Source: Cyanidioschyzon merolae (taxonomy: Eukaryota). Taken from it: a stretch of DNA of 64,000 nt. Below, piece after piece: positions 32,361 through 42,849 of the stretch. The DNA lies in NCBI GenBank assembly GCA_000091205.1, contig AP006495.2. One strand, written 5' to 3'. Positions within the stretch are counted from its first letter, which is position 1; every line of letters begins with the position of its first letter. The notes below the pieces were generated by a model. That model ran no database searches and was not told the DNA's origin. It was given only the letters and a program-made list of their open reading frames with translations. Both the position numbers and the translations under genes were made by a program.

Positions 32361-33872
32361 TCACGAAGACTTTGTTGACATCTCGGTCGTGCTCTCGTCG
32401 CACTCAGGCTCGTAGATCTCTTTCAACTGCGCAACGCGTAAATGTGCGAGCAGATTGCGCGCAGCCTTGGTGTGGTTGTAAACGTCCCCGTTGAACGCTT
32501 GCGTTGCGTCCCGGACGTTCCAAAACTCAAGAATGCGCTGCCCGCCAGGGTGCTGGACTTTGAACCGCGTACAGTCGTGTACGATACCCTCGATCACGAC
32601 GAGGAGACGGTTCTCCTCCTTCGCTAGGCGTTGCACATCCTTCCAAGTCCACACCGGCAGACTTTCAATGGGCTTGCCCCAATCGACCCGCTTTTTGGCC
32701 TCGTCCAGTATTTCCTGACGCACCTGTAGGCGCGCCTTCACGAGTTCATTACGCGGGAACCGAACCAAATGCCACGCGAGTCCAGCCCATGATAGGAGCC
32801 GGATTACCCACTTGGTAGGGTCCCAGTGATACCACACCACGCCATTGCGATAGTCATGCGGGAATTCATGGTGGAAATTGTGGTAGCCCTCGCCTAGTGT
32901 GACCAGTGCGGTGATAACCGAGTCGTAGCTGGTATGCCGGCGTGAGAAGGTTTGCTCACCCCACCAGTGCGCGAGGGAATTGACGCAGAATGTTGATTGC
33001 TGGACAAACAGCATCCGCCCGAGACAAGCGTACACAAGGCCACCCCAGAAGTCTCCCCATCCTAGCGTAGATATCGTCAACGGGATCACAAACGAGAAGA
33101 GAATCGCAATCTGCAGGTAGTAGCGATGCTGGAACCGCAGGATCGGGTTGGCGTTCAAATCGGTAATGTCGACACGGCCCTGGCGCTGCCGTGGTAGCTT
33201 GAAGACCATCCACCACAAGTGCGCGTACCAGAATCCCTTCTCAACCGCGTACGGGTCGCGGTCCGAGTCAACATAGCGGTGGTGCGCGCGGTGTAGACGG
33301 CACCAGTAGCGGGCACTACCCTCAAACGCCGCCGCTCCGAAACACGCCAGAATGACTTGTACGAGCCAGTGCGCCTCGTAGGAGCGGTGGCTCCACAAGC
33401 GATGATACCCGCCGGTAATGCCAAGTCCGCAACAGAAATAGGTCACTATCGCGAGTACGAGCGTTTTCCGCTGAAGAGGCACGAACCAGATCCCAATCAG
33501 CGTTCCAATGAGCGGCGTGAAGATGATGCTCGTCGAGAGCCAGTTGATGCGCTGTAGAAGCGGCAGTTCGTTCAGTTCCTTCTCGCTCATCCACTTCGAA
33601 CTCCGCGTCTTCTCGAATACAAGGCCACGTTGTGGGTCAAACTCAACACCCTCTCGCTCCAGCGGCTCCACAGCCGGTTTCGGACGCGGTTTCAGCGTTG
33701 GGATAACCGCACCGCTGTCGTCCGCGGCGGCTGTGGACGGATTGCTGCCCTTTTCCTCTTCACGAACTTTTGATTCAACCTTGGCTGTCATAGTGCGGTT
33801 CTCAAAAGTGTGCAGAGGCTGTCCACAACACAGATGTTTCACGTAGAGGTCGTCCTGCGCAAAGTGCGTCAC
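32361..33872 (-). CDS. OLE1: Acyl-CoA delta-9 (stearoyl-CoA) desaturase with a fused C-terminal cytochrome b5 domain (OLE1-type); the start may be the internal Met at 33791
   Basis: Three histidine boxes HRLWSH, HRAHHRY and HNFHHEFP; multiple TM helices; C-terminal HPGGQRILEFWNVRDATQAFNGDVYNHTKAARNLL is the cytochrome b5 HPGG haem-binding motif. Confidence 0.85.
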   Translation of the reverse strand: MTHFAQDDLYVKHLCCGQPLHTFENRTMTAKVESKVREEEKGSNPSTAAADDSGAVIPTLKPRPKPAVEPLEREGVEFDPQRGLVFEKTRSSKWMSEKELNELPLLQRINWLSTSIIFTPLIGTLIGIWFVPLQRKTLVLAIVTYFCCGLGITGGYHRLWSHRSYEAHWLVQVILACFGAAAFEGSARYWCRLHRAHHRYVDSDRDPYAVEKGFWYAHLWWMVFKLPRQRQGRVDITDLNANPILRFQHRYYLQIAILFSFVIPLTISTLGWGDFWGGLVYACLGRMLFVQQSTFCVNSLAHWWGEQTFSRRHTSYDSVITALVTLGEGYHNFHHEFPHDYRNGVVWYHWDPTKWVIRLLSWAGLAWHLVRFPRNELVKARLQVRQEILDEAKKRVDWGKPIESLPVWTWKDVQRLAKEENRLLVVIEGIVHDCTRFKVQHPGGQRILEFWNVRDATQAFNGDVYNHTKAARNLLAHLRVAQLKEIYEPECDESTTEMSTKSS

Positions 33873-34049
33873 GTCACCCCAGCGTACACCTGGATGGAGA
33901 CTGGAACGAGGTCACGCGCACCTGTGCCCCGTCGAGCGCAGCGTCGCAGCAGCATCGGCGCCATTGGCGGCGCTGCTGCGGCGAATGTGTGGTGATTCTG
34001 CGGCAGCGGCGACGGCGACGGCGAATTCTTTGCTAGATTGACAAGGACA

Positions 34050-34185
34050 TTTCCATGGACCTGCGTTCTCCGGCAGTGCGCTTTATATTCGCGCGCAGTG
34101 AAGCATCCGTTGCTCCGCGCCCTACTTCCAAATTCCATTATCCATACTTCTACTCGGATCCAGTGGTCATTGCCTATGTTCTATC
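34050..34185 (-). mobile_element. SINE-like short dispersed repeat, copy D (reverse orientation)
   Basis: The reverse complement ...gaacataggcaatgaccactggatccgagtagaagtatggataatggaatttggaagtagg...ggtccatggaaatgtccttgtcaatc matches copies A and C. Confidence 0.55.
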
Positions 34186-34941
34186 GTGCGCCGCATGCCG
34201 GTTGTTTCGTATCCCCCTGTGGCGCTGGAACAGATGTGTCATAGAGCCGGACCTGCATTGCCATACCACTGAGGGCGTCGGATCATGGCGGGGTGCACTC
34301 GACACGGATTCGGGACTGATCAGCATGCTGGGAACCAGCAAGTTGTGCTAATAGACGAACTGCCTGCGGCAGCGCGAAGCGATCCACTAGGAGTCCATTG
34401 CGACCTGAGAAACGTGCAGACGCTGCCTATCTGCACCTAGTTTCAGAATAATATGCGTGGCGGGCGAGCTGCTCAGGTTTCGCGGCTGCAGCAGCCACTG
34501 CAGAGTCGCACGAAGCGCAAACTCGGCAGACTCGTACAGTTCCAGGGACGTTCCGCCTCGAAGGTGAACTTTCAAAGTTACGGGAACGTTTCCCCCTTTC
34601 CAAGTTCATCGTACAGGGCGGCAAGGAATATATTCATATATTGGCTGGTGAATCGAGAGTCTCTGTGCTTTATTCGAAATAGCGCGCTCGATGCGCGCAC
34701 CTGAGAGATCAGGCAGTCACGAGAATGACGCGAATTTCAATGTTGGAGGGAAACGCGAGCATGACAGTACGTTTTCTTGTTGGTCTACCCTTAATGTTGT
34801 ACGTGCGTTGTATTCGTGGCAAAGTATAATTTTCAGTTTAACTGTGTTTCAGTCCTCAAGCAATTATATTCAACTGATTTTTCGCGATTTATAACAGAAG
34901 CGTTCGAAGTGCGCTCTTTTTCAAAAAGATAAAAACGGAAA

Positions 34942-36800
34942 GTGATGGTAAAGCACGTAGGTGATCCTGGAGGCCCAATGTCGCTGGCTGCCAGAAAAAA
35001 AAACAAAAAATGGAAGAGCAAAGAGGAACAGGAGAAGACGAAGAAGCAAAAGAGGGAGCCCCTACGTCAAAGGCTGCAAGAAAGACGACTGTACGGCGAG
35101 ATGGCGGTGAAATCCTGTCTTCTTAAACATATGAAGGATCCGTACATGGAAAAGCTGCGAGAGGCTATCAGAAACCGTATTGAGTCGCACACCTTGAGTA
35201 TTGTAAAGGCTTCTTCAGGACTAATGCATTTGGCGAAGAAGATATATCATGACGTGACGAACATCAAAACAGTCGAGTTTCCGGAAGAATTTTTCTCAAC
35301 AAAACCTTTTTCGTCACCTGATGCTTGGCACCGGGGAAGCGTCGAGGGCAGATGAGCGAGTGCATGCCCTCCCCGAGAATTACGCCGAGCACTGCCTCAG
35401 CGGTATTCGATACATGGGTGACGCAGATATTTACGAATACGGGGCGATCAAGGACCTCACGAACCTGAAGAACCATCCGACTATGAACCTCGAACGTTTC
35501 ATGATAGGCGCCGTGTTTGCGCTGTACCCGGGCCTCACTCGCCAGGGGATATGGGCTATCATCAATGGCATCACGAACGATTTCCAGTTCATACTGGAGA
35601 TCGAATTCGTCGGCAAGAAGGCACCATGCAGGAGAAAGAATGAAGCCTCTGTCATCCGTGTGGCTGTTCAAGAGCACCGTGCGGTCTTGGGGCTTGTCAA
35701 ATCCTGCAGAAACGATATCAGAGTTGAAAAAAGATGGTATCCCCTCATCCTGCGGTATTTCCTGTTCCTGAAGCGAGAACTCGAACGCAAGGCCGAGATG
35801 GAGCTGATTTGGTGAAAAATGAAGACTCGGAGAGACCGACGGCTGCACTTCTGGATAAGCGCTTCAACGTCGTTCCGATATGCGAGATCGAGTCGCATTT
35901 TGTGACAATCGATTCCAGCGTCCACTAAGGCACCATGAGGGAGCTCAGTCTGGAGTTCGATGTAGGCAGCAAGGAATTTACGGGTGAAAACCGGGAGAAG
36001 TACAGGAAGAATATCTTCGAATTTAAACGTCTCAATACGAGCAAGCAAAAGGTATTCACTGGGATCATCGAAACCGATGGCGTATCCATGTGAGTGTCCA
36101 CTACCGGCGGTTGAATGCGGACCGTCCACTTCCGTCCTCGACATTGCCCGTGACGAAGCATGAAGATGGGAAGGGGGAGGATCCAGCGACACAGAAAGTG
36201 CATGAGAACGACATTGTCGTTGGCGCGGGCCCCGGAAACACGAATATCGTAACCATTGCACTCCCATATGCAGGAAAGATGGTATCGACGGCAGCTTATG
36301 CCAGAACAACATGCATCTTTTAAATTTATCGATAGCAACATATTACCGAGAATCGGGAAGAATGAATGCAAGATTGAATAGTGAAACGTGGAATGCAGGA
36401 GTAAAGGAGCACATGGAGATGCCATCAGGTGCGAATGCCGCACCCGGAATCGTACATATCCCCAAGTACACGTCAGTTGCTGAGACAACGTCCATACAGG
36501 ACGAATCCGTTTCTACCATACAGCATCGAGGGATGTAACATGTATTCCTATGGCTACTGAATGCAAGCGCACGAAAGACATGAGATGGATCCGCTTTTCC
36601 GACGGGTATTGGACCAGTATTGGCAATGTTACACTGCTCACAGGCATGCAATTTGACGCACGCGGATAAGGTGGGTCACTGCGGCTACTGATGACCAGTT
36701 CCGCTCATTGGGCGTACTTCTCATGGCATTGGATCAACGAAGCGGAGCCGATTCCGCTGCCTTGCGAGCGCCATCAGGTCTCAGGCAGGAGAATTTGCCT
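34942..36800 (+). mobile_element. Degenerate TnpB/Fanzor-like element (subfamily 1, copy A): a long ORF broken into at least 5 frames, with a K-rich NLS-like N-terminus
   Basis: Collinear with copy C on the opposite strand (KDPYMEKLREAIRNRI vs KDPFKQKLREATRHL; DLTNLKNHPTMNLERFM vs YLTNLKNHMTMNLERFM). A G-x-G-P-G run [18 protein letters not shown] could be a degenerate RuvC-I. The stretch SETWNAGVKEH...GIVHIPKYTSVAETTS parallels the TnpB W...V.VdPkyTSq block. A degenerate RuvC-III-like WINEAEPI lies at about 36740. Confidence 0.4.
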
Positions 36801-37140
36801 CCTCCATAGACGCTACCACTTTTCACTGAGACCACACGAGAATTATCCCACGGAACAGAGGCATTGTGCAGCAACTTTGCGATTGACATACCAACTTTGA
36901 ACCTCGTTCTTTGCGACACGCCAGCCTGGCTTGGAATTCGCAGGCGTCGGCTCTGGGGAGAAATTCAAAGGCTACTCGCCGCTTTGCCGCACGGCATCAT
37001 CGCTTTCCCGTTTCGTCGTTGTGGCCCGCAAGAAACCTAGCATCGAACTGTAGGGGGCTCTTCGGAAGCAAGGTGTACTATTTCCCACAGCTTGACGTAA
37101 ACGACTGTTCAAGCTGAGCGCTGCGTACGCATTCTCGAAG

Positions 37141-39360
37141 TTGCTACCACACTGCACGATTTTCGTGGAAGCATTCACGCATATGACGCATGTACCAAGC
37201 GAAGACTCCCACAAGATCCAAGTGTCGACAGCGAAATCGCCACCGCCTAATTCGAAGCGAACTATCGCTCACGAGCTGGAGTCGATGGAAACCTCTGCTA
37301 GGCCGAGTCGCTGCCGCGAGACAAACGGCGGGCCCGCAGGCCCCTGCAATCCCTGGACAGGTAAACCGTTTTCGAGCCTCTATTACCAGCTCGAGGAGAA
37401 GCGACGGGCGCTTCCGGTGTTCCAGGAGCGTGAAAGAATCGTCGAAATCGTTAAGCGAAACCGCGTCGTTGTCCTACAGGGAGAGACCGGCTCAGGGAAG
37501 ACAACCCAGGTACCGAGGCTCCTCCTCGAGGCGGGGTTTCAGCGTATTGCTTGTACCCAGCCACGACGCATAGCTGCAGTAAGCGTTGCGACTCGGGTGG
37601 CGCATGAGATGGATGTGCGGCTTGGCGAGCTGGTCGGCTACACCATTCGCTTTGAAGACGTTTCGCATCCGAAACTGACGCGACTCAAGTATGTGACGGA
37701 CGGCATGCTGCTGCGCGAGGCGTTCCAAGATGATAGGCTCTCGCGCTACGACTGTATCATTTTAGACGAGGCCCATGAACGTACACTGAGCACGGATGTG
37801 CTCATGGGTCTTCTCAAGGGTATTCTGAAGCAGCGCCCCGAACTGCATATGGTCGTGATGAGCGCAACCCTGGAACGTGATCATTTTTGCACCTACTTTG
37901 ACCATGCTCCGTTGCTGAATGTAAGCGGTAGAATGCATCCCGTGGATATTCGCTTTGCAGAGCGTCCTGTCTTCGACTATCTGTTCGCAGTGGAGCAGCA
38001 GGTACGCCAAATTCATGAAAACGAACCGGCTGGGGATGTGCTGATCTTCCTCACCGGTGAAGAAGAGATAGAGGATATGTGTAGCCGCCTGCGTCACTAC
38101 TCACGAGCGACGGCGCGAAAACACGGAGCGCCGTTGCAAGTGCTGCCGCTGTATTCGGCGTTGCCCATGTCCGTACAGGAGCGGGTCTTCGAGCCGCCAC
38201 GCCCACCGGAGGCCCGCAAAGTCATCGTCGCAACAAACGTAGCGGAGACCTCGATCACTATCGACGGGATTACCTATGTGATTGATCCAGGCTTTGCCAA
38301 GGTCAAAATTTACAACCCGAGCACTCGCGTGGAATCGCTTTTGGTTTCGCCAATCAGCCAAGACAGTGCAAGACAGAGGGCAGGTCGCGCAGGCCGAACC
38401 CGTCCCGGTATTTGTTATCGTCTGTATACAGAGGAGGCTTTCCGAACAGAGCTGCCGGCGCGCTCACATCCCGAAATCCTTCGTTCCAATCTCTGCAACG
38501 TCGTACTCACTTTGAAGAAACTCGGTATTCATGATCTTATTCACTTTGATTTCATGGACCCGCCGGCGCCAGACACCATGATCCGGGCTTTGGAGATGCT
38601 CTTCTATCTGGGCGCCGTCGACGAAGAAGTCGAACTGACACAACTGGGACGCCAGATGGCAGAATTTCCACTCGATATACAGATCGCTCGAATGCTGCTT
38701 GAGTCGCCACGTCACGGATCGAGTAACGAAGCAATCACACTGGCCGCCATGCTCTCCGTCCCAAACGTTTTCTTGCGTCCACGTCAGCAAGCAGACGAGG
38801 CCGACGCTCGAAAGCAGCGTTTCGTTGTATCCGACAGCGATCACGCCACTTTGGTGCGCGTCTTTGAGGCCTTCATGGACCACGGCTGCGATCGCCAATG
38901 GTGTGCGGAGAACTATTTGAATGATCGAGCGCTCATGCACGCGGTGAACATCCGCCGACAGCTGGAGCTCATGATGCAACGAATGGGTCTACGTATCTGC
39001 TCGCCGGGTAGGCGCGCTCCGGACCGTTGGATACGACTGCGTCGCTGTGTGTTGGAAGGGTTCTTCTCGCAAACTGCATTCTGGATGCGACGACGGGATT
39101 ACTTGACGATTCGGGATGAACAGCTCGTTGGCCTTCATCCCAGCAGCGTCATTCGCCATCGACCTTCGTGGGTAGTATTCCACGAGTTTGTACTTACAAC
39201 CGGGAGCTATATTAGAACAGTGAGCCAGATTGAACCGAAGTGGCTCTTCGAGCTGCCTACAAAATACTACGATCTACTGGAATACAAGGAAGGAGCATCG
39301 CGCAGGGCGCTCGAACTCGCCGCCCGTCTAACAGGACAGCGGCGCTCCGCGGCACCGTGA
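37141..39360 (+). CDS. DEAH-box ATP-dependent RNA helicase, Prp43/DHX15-DHX35 subfamily
   Basis: Motif I GETGSGKTTQ, TQPRRIAA, motif II DEAHERT, SAT, FLTGEEEIE, TNVAETSITIDGITYVIDPGF, QRAGRAGRTRPGICYRLYT; the HA2 and OB-fold C-terminal region is collinear with DHX15. Confidence 0.88.
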   Translation: MLPHCTIFVEAFTHMTHVPSEDSHKIQVSTAKSPPPNSKRTIAHELESMETSARPSRCRETNGGPAGPCNPWTGKPFSSLYYQLEEKRRALPVFQERERIVEIVKRNRVVVLQGETGSGKTTQVPRLLLEAGFQRIACTQPRRIAAVSVATRVAHEMDVRLGELVGYTIRFEDVSHPKLTRLKYVTDGMLLREAFQDDRLSRYDCIILDEAHERTLSTDVLMGLLKGILKQRPELHMVVMSATLERDHFCTYFDHAPLLNVSGRMHPVDIRFAERPVFDYLFAVEQQVRQIHENEPAGDVLIFLTGEEEIEDMCSRLRHYSRATARKHGAPLQVLPLYSALPMSVQERVFEPPRPPEARKVIVATNVAETSITIDGITYVIDPGFAKVKIYNPSTRVESLLVSPISQDSARQRAGRAGRTRPGICYRLYTEEAFRTELPARSHPEILRSNLCNVVLTLKKLGIHDLIHFDFMDPPAPDTMIRALEMLFYLGAVDEEVELTQLGRQMAEFPLDIQIARMLLESPRHGSSNEAITLAAMLSVPNVFLRPRQQADEADARKQRFVVSDSDHATLVRVFEAFMDHGCDRQWCAENYLNDRALMHAVNIRRQLELMMQRMGLRICSPGRRAPDRWIRLRRCVLEGFFSQTAFWMRRRDYLTIRDEQLVGLHPSSVIRHRPSWVVFHEFVLTTGSYIRTVSQIEPKWLFELPTKYYDLLEYKEGASRRALELAARLTGQRRSAAP

Positions 39361-40496
39361 CTTGCATCCAGAATAAGGTTTGACGTATTTCCCAAGTTTG
39401 CGGCGTCTCGCCGGTGAGCACTGCAGCGCCAACCTCGGGTGTATGCGAACGTGCTTGCCCTTGCGATACGGAACAACTCGCATCCATGGGTGAGTGGTGA
39501 ACACTCAATCGCACAGAGCAAGTTTCGCCAGCCTCGAATACACGAGAGAGTGCGCACCGGTCATCGGTAACCAGAGAGGAGGCCCTCGTATCTATCGAGA
39601 CGCTTCCATGCTCAGTCAGCGCTAGGCCAGTCTTCTCGTCGGGAACGGGGCTGGCATCCATCTATCCATCTATCCATCCATCGCACGAGCGAGCGGCTTA
39701 CGGGTGTGCGGTCTCGTGCATGTGCTCACTGCAACGCTAGATATGCCGCTACGGTCTCTGCACCGAGACAGAACGACCTTGGCGTAATCGTCAGGGCATT
39801 CACTTGAAAGCCACTTTTCATTTGGGATTGCCACGTCGCTCTGCTGGCACCAGTGATGGAGTACTGCGGATGAACGCGAGGGTATCGGAACGCGTCTGCG
39901 ATAGCTCGCTAAACGCGTGCCTCTAGGCGTACGTTGCATACGGCGACTTACACAGCGTGCCTCCGCCGTTCCCAAACGCATACCAGACTCGCAACGCCTT
40001 CACACGACATGATACCTCGAGCTTCATTCAGTTCCCGCGAAGACGGCGTATGGTGTTGGCAAATGCGCCGAGTGCCAAGCATCGCCGAACGTGGGCAAAG
40101 GACTTTGTCACCGGCGTCGGTTGAGGCGGAAACTCACAGCGAGGCGCGCACGAGACGCCTCGCCTGTGTACGAGTCTGCGTTCTCAACGACGCGGTGCAG
40201 ACGCTTGCTTCGTGCTCTATAAGCGCTAGCCACTGGGACATTACGGCTGCGTATTTTCTCTCCAGTGATAGAGAATCGCACCACAGGCGGGAGTGCAGCC
40301 GCCTCACAGCTTATCGATTCGAATGGAGCATTGCTTGAGGCAGCGTATCCCTTGCCTCGGTAATGAGGCGCGGACTGGTGCAAACCCCAGAAACGTGCAG
40401 AGCGCCAGCTCCACGTGTTTTGTGGTTGCATGCAGCGGCGATGACGCTGGCAGAAGCGCGCACCTCCATCGAAAGGACCCATCAAATCCGAGGCAG

Positions 40497-40530
40497 CAGC
40501 AGCAGCAGCAGTAGCAGTAGCAGAATCCAG
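40497..40530. repeat. (CAG)n microsatellite
   Basis: gcagcagcagcagcagcagtagcagtagcag. Confidence 0.9.
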
Positions 40531-40614
40531 CACGACATCGCTCCGGGCGTGCCCTGTGAACGACTGCAGACCTTGGCGGCGGTTTCATTCGTACACTTCT
40601 GGAGGTCATGCTCC

Positions 40615-42129
40615 CTATGACTCAGTGCAGGCCTGATCACGCAGGGTCGCCAGCGCTACTTGGAGCGCACGACGCAGCGGACGCAGCGGTACCTGAACTG
40701 CCTGATCCCGGAGATACACACGACTGCTGGTCTGGGAATCGGGATAGTGCGCAGTCGCCGTCGCTGCCGCAAAATCCAGGTCCGCAGCATCCATGTCATC
40801 GGTTTCGCGCTCCCAGAAAGGTAATGGTGACGACGGTATCGGAGGCGAATCACCCTCTACGGAGAAGTAATGGACCGGAGCTCCGCCAGCATGAGCGTAC
40901 ATGTCGTGCTGGAATCCGTAGGGAAAGAGCTCGATCAGCGCTGATCGCCACGGTGGTAGTAAACTAGCGTAGACGAGCTGGGCACCATGAACGGATATCA
41001 GTACATGCGTTCGCTGAATCATCTCTACCAGCCGTTGAACACTGCTGCGCGTGGTATCGTTCGCGCTCGCCTCTACAATGGTAAAGTCGTAGGCGTAGGC
41101 CTCGCGATAGCGGCGGAGTAATGCAACCACAGCATCCTCGTTCGCAAGGCATCGACGACGACATGCGGCTTGCGAGCGCTTCTCCGCACCTCTGCGAAGG
41201 TACGTCACCTGCAGCCGTGGCGACGGTCGGTGCCACAGCGGCATTATCGAAGGGACCGCCCTGCACTGGTCACGACCGCTGGTATCCGCTGGGAGCATAG
41301 TCCGCTGGGCTGGTGCGCTCTTCATACCCAGATGATCGAGTACAGCTGCGCGCCATGCCATTGCATCAGCTGGTGAACGAAAGAAACGACTTTTCAAGAG
41401 TCCAGGCAGGAGCAGCCGAGAGCCGCACAGCACCGTGTTGCGCCGGAACGGAAGCTCCCGGCCTTGTTGCCTCGAATACGCAGTCACCATTGCATGCAGA
41501 TATACACAGAATATGCTTTGGTTATCGCGTTCAGTGCCGCAGGCGTATAACGGACTGGTTGCGTGCTGGGCGTGCGCTGGCCACCAGAGCACCACCGGAG
41601 CGTGGCGCTTTCCCTCCGAGGCGCCAAACTGCCGGGGAAGGCCCCAGTTCGCGAGCCATTCTCCGGCGAAATGTGCCGGGTTAAAGTAGGCAGCCCTGGA
41701 GAACCAGTTGAGGACAAGCGTCTCATTTGTCAGGTTGGGAATCGCGCGTCGTACGGGTTCCAGCGACGTGACCCGCTCGACTCGAACGCGCTTTTGCTGG
41801 AGGAAGCTCTGCACACGGTGCGTTGCGTCGGGGTCCACGGACCTCTGGGAACCACTCGCTTCGATAAAGAGCACTGCGTTGGTCGAGTTAAAGCAGAACG
41901 GTGAGCGCACTTCTAAGACGTGTTCCGTGTACTGCTTGGAGACGACGCCCGCCGTTCGGTGCCGCCAAACGTGCAAACGGAAACGGGCGGAACGCGCTCC
42001 ACGTTGTAACAAACTTGTTGGCAGCGAGTGCGCATCGAGCTCCGATCTGGGTTGGTGGAAGGCGAACCAGAGCGCCAGATTTCGTACTAGTTCGAAGATC
42101 AGTCCACAGAGCAGCACCTGTCGCCACAT
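40615..42129 (-). CDS. GT61-family (DUF563) glycosyltransferase, EOGT/xylosyltransferase-like
   Basis: C-terminal signature THVLISVHGAQLVYASLLPPWRSALIELFPYGF matches the GT61 block hGAGLtn.lF.p....viEl.P. The N-terminus has a hydrophobic anchor. Confidence 0.55.
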   Translation of the reverse strand: MWRQVLLCGLIFELVRNLALWFAFHQPRSELDAHSLPTSLLQRGARSARFRLHVWRHRTAGVVSKQYTEHVLEVRSPFCFNSTNAVLFIEASGSQRSVDPDATHRVQSFLQQKRVRVERVTSLEPVRRAIPNLTNETLVLNWFSRAAYFNPAHFAGEWLANWGLPRQFGASEGKRHAPVVLWWPAHAQHATSPLYACGTERDNQSIFCVYLHAMVTAYSRQQGRELPFRRNTVLCGSRLLLPGLLKSRFFRSPADAMAWRAAVLDHLGMKSAPAQRTMLPADTSGRDQCRAVPSIMPLWHRPSPRLQVTYLRRGAEKRSQAACRRRCLANEDAVVALLRRYREAYAYDFTIVEASANDTTRSSVQRLVEMIQRTHVLISVHGAQLVYASLLPPWRSALIELFPYGFQHDMYAHAGGAPVHYFSVEGDSPPIPSSPLPFWERETDDMDAADLDFAAATATAHYPDSQTSSRVYLRDQAVQVPLRPLRRALQVALATLRDQACTES

Positions 42130-42849
42130 ACAAACGCAGGACTAGGGTTTTAGTGCGGATGCTGCAGCGGCGCTACAGCCCTGAGCGCAGACACGTCGGA
42201 TGGCGTCCTTGAGGGCAGCGTTAACCTGTTGCTCGCGAAAGAGTTCAGGTGTATGAGCTGGTTCGTAGCAGCATTCGCGTACACAAGGCAGCATGATCAG
42301 GTTTATCGATCCCAGCTCCTTCAGACATGCTATGACTGTGTCAGTAACTGAAATCAGACACGGAAATGCTTGCTCTGTTCCTGCATTCCGATGTTTCCGA
42401 CCATGTTTCGAACGCACTGCATCGGAATTCGAGATACAGCAATGACGGCTTACGGATGCATACGTAGTTTTATGATTATCGGTCGTTTTTCGGAGTCGCT
42501 CCTTTGACTCGTTGCCATCTGGATTTCGCTTTGTTATCGTACTGAAGATGATTCGCGACGCGCTCCAGCAAGAGTTCTCAAAATAACAGGTACCGTTATG
42601 CCGTGCATCAGTGCATGCCTCTAAGCTTCTTCTTTTCTTTACGTGGAGCATGCTCAAGTCACGCATTCTTCAAGTTTTCGATGTTCCTGTTTCAAGGCCG
42701 CTCGGGGCACAGCAATGCGCGCCGCTGATTCCAGGGCGAGAGAAACTTCACGTCGTCCGACTACGACTTGCTCACCAGCTCATGCGGAACCTTCACGGAA
42801 ATGTTGACTGTAGGGAATCCTTCCCGTTCGGAGGGAAAATCCTGCTTTA

